64,000 nucleotides of DNA from Moniliella sp. 'wahieum'. Taxonomy: Eukaryota. Within the stretch, counting starts at the first letter, position 1, and every line of letters starts with the position of its first letter. A program made the translations under genes and the position numbers. Shown one piece after another: positions 23,429 through 36,400 of this stretch. The DNA lies in contig RSEE01000031.1 of the NCBI GenBank assembly GCA_003971905.1, positions 496,001 to 560,000 on the forward strand, read 5' to 3'. The notes beneath the pieces are model-generated. The model saw only the letters and a program-made list of their open reading frames with translations. It was not told where the DNA came from and did no database searches.

Positions 23429-26400
23429 GGTGGGTAGGAGCGGGGGGGGGGGCTAGTAGCAGGACAGGGCTGGTGTGGTCGTGTGGGACAGCGGGCGAGC
23501 GATGAAGCGGGGGCGTAGGTGGGTGCGGGGGCGCGTGGGCGAGGGTGGGGGACGCAGCCAGCGGGCGAGGGAGAGGGGGTGGTGGCGGTGGTGGTGGTGG
23601 TGTGGTGGTCGGGGGAGGCGGGTGCGCAGGCGAGGGGAGGGGCTGGGAAGCGAGCTTGGATTGGGGTGCGGCGGGCATGCATGCACAACGCAGGCTGGCA
23701 GTGCGCGGCGATGGCTGCGATTGTCTCCCAATTAAACTACCTGCTGCCCAACACGCACCAGCCGGCACGCCCCAGCCCAACTGCCGCCGCCCAACCTCAA
23801 ACCCAATCGGCCGCCAAGCAGCCACCACAGCCGAGCTGCTGGGGAGCCACATCGCACGCCGCCGCACCGCGCCACTGTGCCTGTCCGCCGGGCCGCAGCA
23901 GCGCGCCGAGCGAAGAAGCTCCAATTTCATTTGCCCCTGCATCGGGTGGAGAGTGTGGCGCAGGTGGGTTAGCCGCTGCTGCAGACGCCCCAGCCCACGC
24001 CGCACACAAGCAGCACCACGCAAAGCATAAGGGCCACCCCTTGCGCTCAGCAGCGCCCCGCCGCTCAACCCTCGGCAGACCAGGCCGCCCCCCTGCATCA
24101 GACGTCGACGGGTGTCAGCGCATGTCAGCGGTCTCGGCCTGCCTCCCCCATCCGCCCACATGCTTCACACATGGTCGTCGTCCTCCGTGCCTCAGCGCTG
24201 TGGACTCTCGGCAACAGAGCTCGGCACAAACGGCGGGGACGGGGGACCCCGACACTGGGGTGTCCTAACGGGGCTGCGGCCACTGGGCCACTAGGCCCCT
24301 ACCAGCCATCGATCGGTCATCTAGACGCCCCCATCTCGAGCTCACCGGCGGCCCCACAGCGCCCACCTGTCCCATAACCGGTAACCAGGCCTTCCAGATC
24401 CCAAGAACAAACACGCGCCCCAACACCCAACCGCGGTAGCTGTGCTGTTGAGCCCTCCGCTCTTGCGTTGGGCGGCCCAAAATGTGTGACATGGGGTATC
24501 TGCTCCAGCCGGCTACAGCTCCCCACTGCGATCGGAACCGTCGCGGGATGCACTGGCCAGATGGTCGATGATCGATGACCAATGCCCGTGACCGGTGACC
24601 GGTGACCGCTGCTAGTCACCTAGCGCCTAGCGGCCGGCCGATGCGCTGGCGGCACTTGTGCCGTGCGTGTGACAGGCGGAATGCGTGACGTGTGGCGCGT
24701 CCCCATAACGCATGACGCGTGACGCTTACCGGTCGCCAGTCTCCGTTCTTTTGGGCGTTGGTACTACCTGTGGTAGAGATGGTCACTAGATCTCGCATCG
24801 TTTCGATCGCAGCCCCATTGAACGATGGAAAGAACCAGCCGCAATCCATGACATCGATGACCAAGCCTTGCTACTAGCAAAAGAGGGTACCGCCTCGTAT
24901 CGCACCCCTATTCTGCTGCGGAAAACGCATACCGTTCCGCATGGTCCGTCAACGCGTCAACCATGCATCAACGCGCTCTTCGGCTGTATACTTATCACGG
25001 CAATATACCAACCACAGTGCACACGGAAAGCGTTGTTCGTTCGTCGGCGGGAGGCCGCGGACGCCACACACCTATCGTTGCCGGCATCCCGCCTTTCTCT
25101 CTGTGCACATTGTGCTAAGGTTATTCACGTGGTATTGGTTGCTCAGATCTCTCAGAGGGCGCTCAGACTGAGTACTGTGAGTCGTACACTGACTGAGTAC
25201 TCGGTACCCAAACGAAGTACCGAGTGTACTTGAGTATGGTGGTCATTTCGGCCGACATGTCTGATACGTTGAACGTTGATAGTACCGCGGAGCAACCGCT
25301 ACATACGTGGCCCACTGGCCAAAAAATGGGGCTTCTCTCACGCGTTACGCTCAAGAACGTCATCGCCCCAGGCCTCAGCGCCTTACCGCACCAAGCGCCT
25401 CAGCCTCATGCTTGTCACATGCTTGTCACAATGCGTGCACGTGAACGCGTGACGCGTGAGCGCCTGAGCGCCTTATTGAGCCTTGAAGCTCAGCTCAAGC
25501 TCTGCGCTCAAGCGCTCAAGCTCAAGCCTGATATTGATAACAACTAGCAATTGATAGCGATATACAGTAGGCGACTAGTGAATCCAGCGAACAGTGTCAA
25601 GGATGCATGATGATAACTGCGTACGTACAGTTGATGGTCGGTACGTTCAGTTGGCCTGAGGCCTGAGGCCCTCAAGGGTCTGAAGCTCTGAAGCTTCAAA
25701 CCTGAACATGTGCCGCAGTGCAAAGTGGAATACAGCGGAAACTTTTAAACTCATAGACATTCAGATCTCAGACGTCCAGTTCCCCTTGTTTTCACCCAGG
25801 GACAGGTGTGGCTTGTGCGAGAGTGGCTCACCTGTGAAGCACCTGTAAAATTTAAAACACCTTCCGGGCTTGGCAAAGCGGCGCGTGCATATTGCCTTGC
25901 CCCCCGGTGATTAATGATTGAAATAGTGATATTGATCATCGATCGTCCGTTCCGCGTTCCCCACGTCCAACTCTGATCGATCATCTCAGGATCGGATCCC
26001 ATCATGTTGTAACATGTAAACCCCACATCGCATGTCACTACAGGGGGAATCGAGGGGCTTGTCATGGGGCCTTTGGAAGCTTGAAACGCGCTTACTAGTT
26101 CTTGTAGTTACTGTTGTATGTCAGGGGGAGTGTTCTCTCTCTTCCGTCTCCAGCTGGTATTAGCCAAAACACCAACAATGCCCTTCTCTTCACCGTCCTC
26201 TTTTTCCATGGACACCCGCCTTTCGCCGTCGCATCTTTTCAGCTTTTGGGTTGATCATATGTTTTGCGATCGTCGATGCAAGATGGCCTCAAAAGCACTC
26301 ATCAGGCCTGAGGGGTATAAGCAGTGCATTATAATCTTCACTGTGACGACTTTTTAGCTGAGAAACAAACTATCGGGGAAAAAAGGCATGGCTGTACCAC

Positions 26401-28897
26401 AAACACAGTGATGGGACCCATCTTCTGCATCAACAACAAAAGCAGGTGATCGATGATCTGAGGCCTGCGATCTGGGAAGAAAACCCAACAGTTTTCTTGT
26501 GCCTGTATGTTGTCCAGTGCCCCTCTCCTCTCCTTATACGGAGCTCATCCGACAAAGTCGGGTCTGAGACTTTTGCGGAGAGATCGATAGACGTCTCCAG
26601 TCCGATGAGATACTCTGGGGGGGAGGGGGGAGGGCTCAGCTCGAGGTGTGAAATGTGACATGTGATAGCAGAGGCCGCCTTCGCCATCGGGATAAAAAGA
26701 GGAACGTGTGTGTGTGACCATGTGACCACCAGTAATGTGGCTGCCGTTCAACGTTCGTCACGTCCATCCGTCATTAATCATTGAGCTCAGCCAGCGCTGA
26801 GGCTCAGCGCTCAGCTCAAGCTCAACGAGCTCGCTCTTTTCCTCGTGATCGTATTCCTAACCGTCACGCGTATGAACACCAAAAGAAAAGTAAGCGAGAA
26901 GAGAAAACAGATTTAAAAACGCAGCGACACATTCTTCATTGCATCAGCATTCTCTCTCGATGTAATGCGCCTCTCAAATCCATATGATGTTGTTGACAGT
27001 GTGAACGTGGTGGGAAGTAGGCTTTATCGACTTCCAAGCACTTTCTTCTTTCAGCGTCAGCGTGGGACTAATTGTATTGCGTGCGTAAGGTCGAGAGATC
27101 GATCATCGCTATCAAATAGATCCATCGTAAACTTGACGAACTTGGCGTACGCACCAGGTTTCCGGTCGATCACCGATCGACCTCGTCAACCTCATCCGAA
27201 TGCACTTTCTCGTATTCAATGCCTACCACGACGTCCAACGTTCAACCAAAAACACCTATAGGTGTCTCGGTATTATGCGGAGCAGGGGGGTACGACGTAC
27301 GTGCGCGGTACGGGTTAACTTTAAACGGTACGTATGTATTACTACTTCCCTTGGTCGGGTGGCTCTGCTGGGCCCCACGACAGTCTCGTTACCCAATCGT
27401 ACTTGCAGTTACTAGTTACATATCAGCTATCGAACCAAAGAACCACGCGCGGGCATGATGCATGATGAGTGATGGGTGATGGATGGTGCGATTGATGGTA
27501 ATATCATAGGCGCATAGGCATTGAAGTGCATGCTGCTGCTGCATGAGGCCAAGCGCCAGGGCGTGCAAGAGCGGTAGTCAATAACAGACAGAAACGCGAA
27601 ACGCGTGAAAAAAATGAAGAAGATAGAGAGGATACTGCGACAAATGTGGCCATCAATCTCATCTTCTTCCATCTTATCTCGACAAAATAGAATATATACC
27701 CTCCGGAAGCGAGAGAAAAGAGGCACCTATCTTGCTTCGTCCCCTTTAATTATTCGCCCTCTCAGTACGCTTTCTTGGTGTCTACTCTCCCTATATTGTG
27801 ATTCTCTGGTGTTCGTATGGCATGCGACGTGCTTCCACCATCAAATTATGTCGGGCCGAACGACGTTAATGATGCACTTGAGACAGGAGGAAATAAGATA
27901 AGGGCGCATGGAAGAAATTTAAGCCGTATACCACAGGACATGACCAAGTACACTTGGTGGCGATATGACTGTACTGCGTGACCGCATGGTGGCCTCTCAG
28001 TGGCTGTCTTTGGGTCACTGACGGACGAAAGCCTTAGCAAAACTTACATTCACAAGAGAGAAAACGTGTAAAGGCGTGCTTGAACCTTGATGAATATTAT
28101 ACCACATGACCGGTGACCCCCAATGCGCACTGAAATCGTCGGCGTTCGACAATAAGCCCACCAACACACGTATTTTTCCTCTCTAATCTTCCTCGTGATC
28201 AGGCGCTCTGGATGGTATAGAGTCTCCGGCATGTTTTCCCACACATTAAATGTGATCTTCATGTATCCCACGCAACATCCGGCGCGGCTTGGAACTGAGA
28301 TGAGAATGGTGTGTGCCCGAAGGTTCTGGACTGCTGGCGATTCCATTGGTTTCCTTATTGGGTTGAACGTTGACGAGAGCAAGCACCACACACCCAATGA
28401 GTGCGCTGCCTGATTCGCGCAACATTTTTTTGTCTCAGCCTTATATAACATCAGAGGAAATGTGGCATTAATGTACCTATCACAGTCGGGGCTAATGAGA
28501 GGAAGACTAGAGTCGGGACTAAGCTAAGGGATGGAGCACTCTCGTCGGAAGAAGCAAGAGCAGATGACATGGTGCGACGCTGAACAACAGGGAAGGAGCG
28601 AGACGTTCGCGACAAAGAAATTGGAATGGGAGCGAGATCAGCCGAAGTTATGACAGTACACATCGGGATCTCGTTCCAATAGGCTTTTGTCGATTGATAT
28701 ACGCCTACCATATTTTTTCACCCCGAGAGATAACTTTGTGTTGGTCAATAAGATACGAGCAATATGATGGTTATAGCTAAATTAGGTACGGTGGCCAAGG
28801 GGCCATGCATGCGCGCGACATGATAGGCGCTCTCCGCCCAAGTCCAAGTCGGATGGCCGAAATAAGGCCACCAACTTTTCAGGATCTTTGCGACTAC

Positions 28898-29810
28898 TGT
28901 CGCATCCGTCCCACTTCCTTTTCCTTTCTCTATTGTATCTGCGGCAACCCCCCCTTTTAACGCGTCTTCCTTTCTACGCCCCCTCAGCTTGCATCCGTTT
29001 TCCCTTTTGATCTAGCCTGACCCCTGGTTGGTGGGGGGATCCTTTTCCCCATCTTCCATTCTCGTCCTCTTTCGTCTTTTCAGTATACTCTTGTCCCTTC
29101 CCGCCTATCCTGTCCGAGCCCTGAGCGTTTCCCAGCCAATTGATGCAGTACAGGCAGCCTCCTCTCCTCTTACTTAGCTCCATGACGGGTCACACACACA
29201 TTCCCATCGGATGTGGGTATGACCCTGTTCTAGATCTTCCTTGCCCCCTTTTGCGTCTCTTTCCTCTCATCACGCGTGGTTTACCGTGTGATAGCTTCTC
29301 CTCCGCCTCTGGTATATAAAAGGCACCATTCCATGCAGCCTGAATGAATACCATCTCCGGCATCCAAAGCAAAATCCCCTTCCAACATCCCACCTCCTCT
29401 TCCGACCTCGTCCTCCAGCTCTCTATCCGTCCAGTCGCGCGAGCCTCTTCCTTCAGCGCCGAGTCCCCGTACCAGCTCCTCGCGTAAGTTCTCTTCCAGC
29501 CACGTCGACAGCCGTCCCTGTCGTCCAGTCTCAGTTCTGGCAGTGTTTGCCCGCCACTGCCTCCTCCGTCCCTAAGTCTCAGAGGCTTTAGCCACGTTAC
29601 TACTTCCCAAGCCGGTGCATACGCAGTCTTGCCACACTACAGCCGCCTCAGTTTCGCGCCGAAAGGCCTCTCGTCGTCCCTAGCCCCGCTCGGATGCATC
29701 AACTATAGTCCAAGCGCGAAACTACCGTGAGTCGACCTACCGTGTCCTAATAAAAGGGAATGTACCTCATAAACCCGTGCGAGCCCCCTGGCGGGGGCCG
29801 CCCCATGACA
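28898..29810 (+). mobile_element. Candidate solo LTR of an LTR retrotransposon
   Basis: Begins TGTCG and ends TGACA; internal TATA (GGTATATAAAAGG 29311-29323), AATAAA at 29749-29754, GC hairpin at 29783-29798; no long ORF; flanks ACTAC/GTAAC do not form a target-site duplication. Confidence 0.4.
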
Positions 29811-30451
29811 GTAACCCTCTCTACAGCAGTGTTACAGTGTTAGTGTTAGCATAATCTGTACCCTACCGTTGTGGTGTGTTTGTATGCAAAAGACTTCTCT
29901 TCTATCATTATCCTGCATCGCGGACGTATATATCTCCCTACTAAGGACAAATATGATGCGCCATTGTTCTCCTTTTGTCTCTTCACTCCTACATGCATGG
30001 CAGTTGTCCCCATCCATGGGGGCACCCAGTATATTTGCCAGGTGTGCACGGTGATGGTTATATACATGCTGCTCAGCTCACGATTTGAGTGACGCCCCCT
30101 CCGCCCTTTGGAATTGTGGTGCAACACTGTATGACGGTTCTATCTTCCGTCTTGTACTTGAATTGTCTAAAAGAGCGCGTACATTGCCCATCCTTTCATG
30201 AAGGAGGCGCATGATCCGCCCGATGTACATGCTCAAGTGTATCAATGTGAGTCTCGGTAACAAAGAATAACGTGTTGTAACGTAAAGTGAAGGATGGAGA
30301 CGGATGCACCAACCAAGGCTTGTTGGATATCCTGCGCGGCAACTAAACACATATAAAAGAACGGGGGGTGGCTGCGCAGGGATCAGGGCTTGTCGCCTGG
30401 GTCAATCTTTTCGCCCTCATGCGCATTCAGGCGCGTGTGGTAGCGATACCC

Positions 30452-31427
30452 CTAGACGATTCGACACATTGAACCACAGCAATGTTCGCATTTACAACAG
30501 CCCTCTCTGCGCCCCTCATTGTTCATTCTTCCCACCAAAAAATCCGGGTCCGTGGGAGGAGGAGCAGGAGGAGGTGCGCCAGGGCGCACGCGGGGAATCG
30601 CAGGATCGCCTTCCAGAGTAGCGTCGCCTGCACCAGCGGTCGGTTGATACCGAATGTGGGTAGGAGGGGGGTTCGTACGATGACTTGGACGAGGCACAGG
30701 CAGCCAGGACTCTTGGATGCTTTGTGCGAGAGAAGCGCTGCTAGGGTCTTCATTGTGGGTGTGGCCCTGTTCATCCAATGATGTATGGGCGGTTCGGACT
30801 GCACAGCAGCCGACCCACCTTGAGTGTGGCATGCCCTAAAGTGCCACGCACTTCTTCATGCTCTGGCTCATTCTCAAGGGGGGCGGACGGATGCGCAGTC
30901 TCAACGTGACGAGGGAGTGAACCCTGCAGATCGGCAGAAGTCTGGGGGGCAGACGTTGCCTCTTGTTGCTGGCGCGGAGCAACGATCGTGCTCGTTCCAC
31001 TGCCAGCAGTCCATGGGGATGCAACAACCCCACTACCAGGGGAAGGGCTTGCGCCAGGTCCACTTCCAGAAGGGCTGCCAGTCTGGCTGCTCCACTGGCG
31101 AATGCGACGAACAACCTCGTGAAACATATTACTACCTCGCTCCACCTCGTCGATGGAGATTTGGCGGCGTCTCCGTTTCAAGGCCCTTTGCTCGTCAATG
31201 GGTCGGGTTTGAACACCGAGAGGGTCCTCAAACTCAGGCACCGCTTCTCCAGCATCCCCGCTTCCTGTATCATCAGAGGTTCCTTGACCCGCAACTTCCC
31301 CTACTTCTGGTTCAAGGGGTAAAGAATTGCTCAATTCATCATCAACTGCCGGCGGTAGTGTTGATTCGGGCCTAGTAACGGTCAAGGCAAGCCCCGCCAG
31401 GTACAATCTAGTAGCTTCTGCTGACAT
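30452..31427 (-). CDS. Hypothetical low-complexity protein ending in a Cys cluster and CaaX-like motif (GCCKCEHCCGSMCRIV*)
   Basis: Overlapping ORFs 30771-31427 and 30452-30832 can be joined by one frameshift; coding-like composition; no recognisable domain. Confidence 0.45.
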
Positions 31428-31957
31428 GGCAATGGGGGAGTATAATGCGTCTTGTCCGCTGTGTGAAATGGGGTGGGGGAAAAGGGCGAAAAAGGGGTTA
31501 GAAAGTTAGCGGACTGCCCGTGGTATCTCCCTGCCACACGTCGATTGAGGAACTGGGGTGAGCGGCGACGTACGCGGTCGAGGGGAGGAGTGGTAAAGAG
31601 AGGAGCGGTGGTGGGGGTGAGGGAGGACGCGTAGGCGTTTAGGCCTCATTGTCGGCTGCAAAAGGCTGAGCCACTCACGACTCTCACACGACTGAGCCTG
31701 GCTGGTTCAGCATCGCTTATGCAGGTTGTATACGCGAGGGATCGCTCTGTGGACAAGCGCGTATGGCACTACGTTTTATTTTCTCGCCTATCTTGCCGTC
31801 ATCCAATGCGGGCCCTCAATCGCTACGCATACTTTCGCCATTTAAGCGAACCTAGGCTCTCCTTTGTGTTGATCCGATCTCAAATTCCAGATGGCCAAAA
31901 GCACTTGGGATCCACGCAAGATCCAGAACGGGCAACATGCCAGAAGACATCACCCGA

Positions 31958-32970
31958 TCAGTGCTTGGGCGGGTTGTACTGCAGCCGGCGGTTGGTGATC
32001 GACGCCCACTTGTACCTCTTGACCCAAATGGAAAGGGCGAGCATGGTGGAAGCAATGATCATGTACTGGAACCCCATCTTCTTGCGCTCATCGTGCTCCG
32101 GCGAGGCGGCCCAGCTGAGGAAGGTCACAACATCCTTGGCCATCTGCGACGTGGTGGCCGGAGTACCATCCTCGTACTCGACTAGCCCGTCAAACAGGAC
32201 GCGGGCCATACCAATCTGGGTGCCAGGGAAGTAAGGGTTGAAGTTCATGCCCTCGGGCACGTGCACACCAGCTGGTGGGTCCACGTAGCCAGTCAAAAGA
32301 GAGAAGATGTAGTCGGCACCCGAGTGACGGGCCTTGACCATGAGCGAAAGGTCCGGCGGCAAGGCACCCTGGTTGGCAGCACGCGATGCCTCGTCGTTAG
32401 GGTACGGGGCAGGAATGTAGTCGGCCAGCTTACCCGGGCGAGTGAACATCTCGCCCTCGTCGTTAGGCCCGTCCTGGTACTCGTAATCGGCAGCGATCTC
32501 CTTGACTTCGTCGACGGTGTGGGAGACACCGACCAGGTTGCGCCAGGCAATACGAGTAAGCGAGTGGCACGAGGCGCACACCTCACGGTACACCTGGAAC
32601 CCGCGGCGAATCGAGGCGTGGTCATACGTCTCGAAGTGGCCGAGGTGCGGCCAGGGGTAGGCGGTCGGGTGCAGTCGTCCTTCTCGTTGGCACTCACTGC
32701 GGGAAGAAAGGGAGCCTCGCCGAATGCAGCGGCGTAGAGGGCGATGCTACCGACGACGGCAGCAGTGGAACCGTACGCAGCAGCGCGCGAGGCCCAGAAG
32801 GGGGCCTGGGCCGGGGCAGCGTGGGCAGCAGTGGAAGCAAAGCGAGTCTGATGGCGGCAGGCAGGGTTAGCGAGGCCGGCGGGGACAAGGGCGACAGACG
32901 GAGGAGGACGTACGCCCTGGGCACCGAGCGTGGAAGCGCGGCCGGCAGCCGAGCGGAGGAAAGAGGCCAT
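31958..32970 (-). CDS. CYT1: Cytochrome c1, heme protein of complex III
   Basis: Presequence MASFLRSAAGRAS; heme motif YREVCASCH; NQGALPPDLSL; NPYFPG..IGMARVLFDG; C-terminal membrane anchor; intron near 32850-32912. Confidence 0.97.
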
Positions 32971-33414
32971 CGTCACCGCCTCGAAGTGCGAGCGCGTCGT
33001 TTGTTGTGAGAAGCAAGAAGACGAGTGGGCGGACGGACCCCAGCAGCGCCAGCCCAGCCGGCCGCCCGCCTGACCAGCGCCGGCACTGGCCGGGCCAGAC
33101 TTGCGCCGTGCCGATTTGTAAGTTCCGCTGCCCAGCGCACGCCCAGTGTCGGGTCGGCCCCCGCTGCACATCCCGACACTGCCCCACGCTGCCCATGCAC
33201 CACATTACGTAGGCCATTAATAATTGCAGCTTGAAGCCGGGTGCTTGCCTCTTGCAACGTTCAAGAGGCAGTGCGTTCAGGCTCAGTTCAGCGCAGGCCA
33301 ATGTTTCAACCGCAACACCGAGGCCCACTGAATACATTTCAAGTGTCCCTCCCACTCCGCCACAAATGGCACGTCTGCAATGCGCCCCACACCAGCCGTC
33401 GTCGCTTGGGCAGC

Positions 33415-36400
33415 TTATAGATAGCTGGCCCATCCGATGTCTGCCAAACACGTCAGCCATCACACAGCAACCCTCCACAGCGCCCAGCACACGTACACAT
33501 CAACGCCAGGTTGACCGGCGACGTCGCGTCCGGATCAGCGAATCGACCAAGTTGGGCGTGGTCAGACGCAGCTCGGACGAAACTTGCCGCCGCTTGAATC
33601 CCTCGAGCTTATTGCGCACCGTGGTCAGCGCCGCACGCGCTTCGTCCAGGCGCAACGACGCCCCTGTCGACGCCTTCTTCTTGTGCGAAGGCGCCCACTC
33701 CACCAGCGGGTCGTGGATCATGGCCTCCAGCACGCTCATCAACGAGTCTTGTTGTCTCTCAGAATGGTCATCGACACCTCCGCAGCACGCCGGAAGACGC
33801 CATCAACGCCTGTCACCCAGAGCATCGACCATGTTGCTTGTCAAGCGGAACGGAACTCGCGCTCGGGATCTCGAATGTCTGCCCCTTTTCAAACAGACAG
33901 TTGAGGTCAACATGCACCGTATCGCCCGAGCTTGCGTCGAACAGAATGTTCTCGCCGTGCCGGTCGCCCAGGCCCAACACATGGCCCACCATGGACATGA
34001 CTGCGGCCGTTCGAGCGTAGCTCAACCGTGCACTGAGCCAGGCCGACGGCTCCGGGAAAGTTGGCGAGGCGAGGAACCACTCGTGGAACACGGGGGATAT
34101 CTGGGTACAGAACATCAGTCAGAATATGAACGATTGCCCAAGAACGGGACTTACATGGGTAGGACGTTGTTGGTAAAGATGTCGGCTGCATGCTTTGGTT
34201 TTGCCCGAATCTGGTCGAATAAGCCTTTAATCTCGTTGGACTGGAAAGCAAAAAGAAGAGTAAAGTTAGAAAAACGAAGAGACACGAGAGAGTAGGGTAC
34301 ACACATAGAGTGTTATGCCATGGGCCTTGTACAGGGCCGAGAGAATGTGACGCAAGCCAATCGTGTTGGGCCCACTCGATCAGACACATTTCGTTAAGAG
34401 TAACTACGCCATAGGTGCGAATGTAGAGTTACGTCGACGAGAATCGGCGTTGGCCTGAAGTAGCTTGTTGATCATGGCGTCGAAATCCATCAGGCGAGCG
34501 TCTTTCCGGAGGTCGTCCTTCGGTTTGCATAGGAAGTTGAACGAGGATCGTCACTGGCGTAGATGGTAATTTTACGCGGTTTTGCAGAGAGGACATCACC
34601 TCGATACATCGTCAAAGGCTGGATAGAAAAGGCAACAGTCAGAGAATAGATCAGAGGGGGGGGGAAGATCTAACTCACCTTTAATGCGGGGCAAGTCAGG
34701 CGGGAGAAAGGTTGATGCTGGGGTCAATCAAGTTGGTGGCAGGGAGGGAAACAATCAGGGACGACTGGAGAGGCAGAGAGTAACAGATGATCGGTAGGCA
34801 GCGCTACTAGCCTGGGGAAGTCACGTTTCATCGCACAAGGTCTTGGTGCCATTCGAGACAGCATGGTTACAGAGCACCAAAAGTTCGTGCGCCATGTGAG
34901 TCGCCTGCTCCACGGCTTGAGCACATTCTGTGCTTGGTGCTGCCCTGCTTGCTTCCGTTTGCTCCGCGCACGGACATATCGGTCGTGGACACCTTGATCT
35001 TGGAAATTATCGTAGCAAATCGGCGCCGACGCTCGCTGTCATTCGACTGGTACCCCCCCACCACGGCCCACTTGCTTGGGCGGGTACTCCTGAACCACCT
35101 TGATAATAATCGGCGCAACGTTTTCCATACCAGCTCGTTTTTGTGTGTCACCCGACATACCAGCTGAGGGAAAACTGCGAGCCACTGGTAGGCCGGCAGT
35201 TGCACAGAAGCCTTGGCGATGCGGGTGTTGATCTCCACAAACGACCTCGTTGCGGTGTCAGAAATATCGGGCTTGCCTCCGAACAGGTTGCCACCAGAGC
35301 AGGAGCCTCGCCATTGTCCAACCAGATCGTAAGAACCCGAGGCAGTGTACGAAAGAAGTACTTGGTCCCACAGTTGAGCGCATAGAGTAAGCTACGGACC
35401 ACAGTCTGGTCCACAGCAACGGGTTTTGATCGCTCGAGTCACGCGAACAGTCAGCGTAGTGACCGTGGGCGTACCACGACCGCTCGGACTTATCGTCGAT
35501 GACGTTGACTTTCATGTAGCTGTCAAGCAGGTCATTGCGGCTGTACCGCCCAGTACGTTCCATGATGTTTGTCCGCAGCAAGGATGCCTTGGCCGCCGCA
35601 GTCCGTTCTCCACTCGACATGGCCGACAACGCAGCAGGTGTCAAATCCATTCCGGCCAGTGCGTGATTCATCACTTGGATCGCCGACTGGAGTTGGTCAT
35701 CGCGAACGAGAAGTTTGGCGCGCTGGATGAAGGCAAATTGGGCACCAAGTTGTTGCGCTTGCTTGAAGCATAGCGCTGTAAGCTGTCTGGAGATGATCAG
35801 CCCTGCGGGCAAATTTGCTGGTCTGCACCCAAGCTGCTGCCACTGGGTCCCGCGGATCGAGCGCAGAAGAGCGCAAGGCATTGAAACCAGACCGATGAGC
35901 GCTGAGTAGCACCTCACGGACCCGGAATGATGGCAAGGTTGAATTAACTCTAGAGGCCAGCATCATCTTCGTCTCGTCCAGGCGGAGGGCGGCTTGGGTG
36001 TAGATTTGTTCAAGGTCTTGGATGGCTTGGAGGTTGAGAACTGACTCGTATACTCTTTCGTACTTGGGCTCGCCAGATCCGACCATAGGTTCACCAAACT
36101 GCTTTCGAGCTTCTTTCAATGCAATTTGGACAGTAGCCGAGTCGTCCATGCGAATTGCGAGTAGCAGGCGGGCCAAGGCATGCTTGTCGCTCGTGGCCGA
36201 TGGTAAATCTACGAGGCGCGCCACTTCCTCCCAATTGGAGAGAATGCAAGCTCCTTCCACCTCATACGAGGCCAAAAGTGTCTGCCACTCAGGGTGCTGA
36301 CTGAGGCACCACGGATGTGGTTTTGCATTGTGTCTGCAAGAAGATCGCGGTTCAGCATTCCATCCCAACGATGTCAAAAAAGGATTGAGGGGGCAAGAAG

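Noticed and set aside
25751..27901. Short ORFs in the island as transposase or reverse transcriptase remnants
   Set aside because: No DDE, RT, integrase or other recognisable motif could be read in the translations
29830..30262. Second LTR-like segment with TGTTAC...GTAACA ends
   Set aside because: No target-site duplication, no second copy in the window and no other LTR hallmarks
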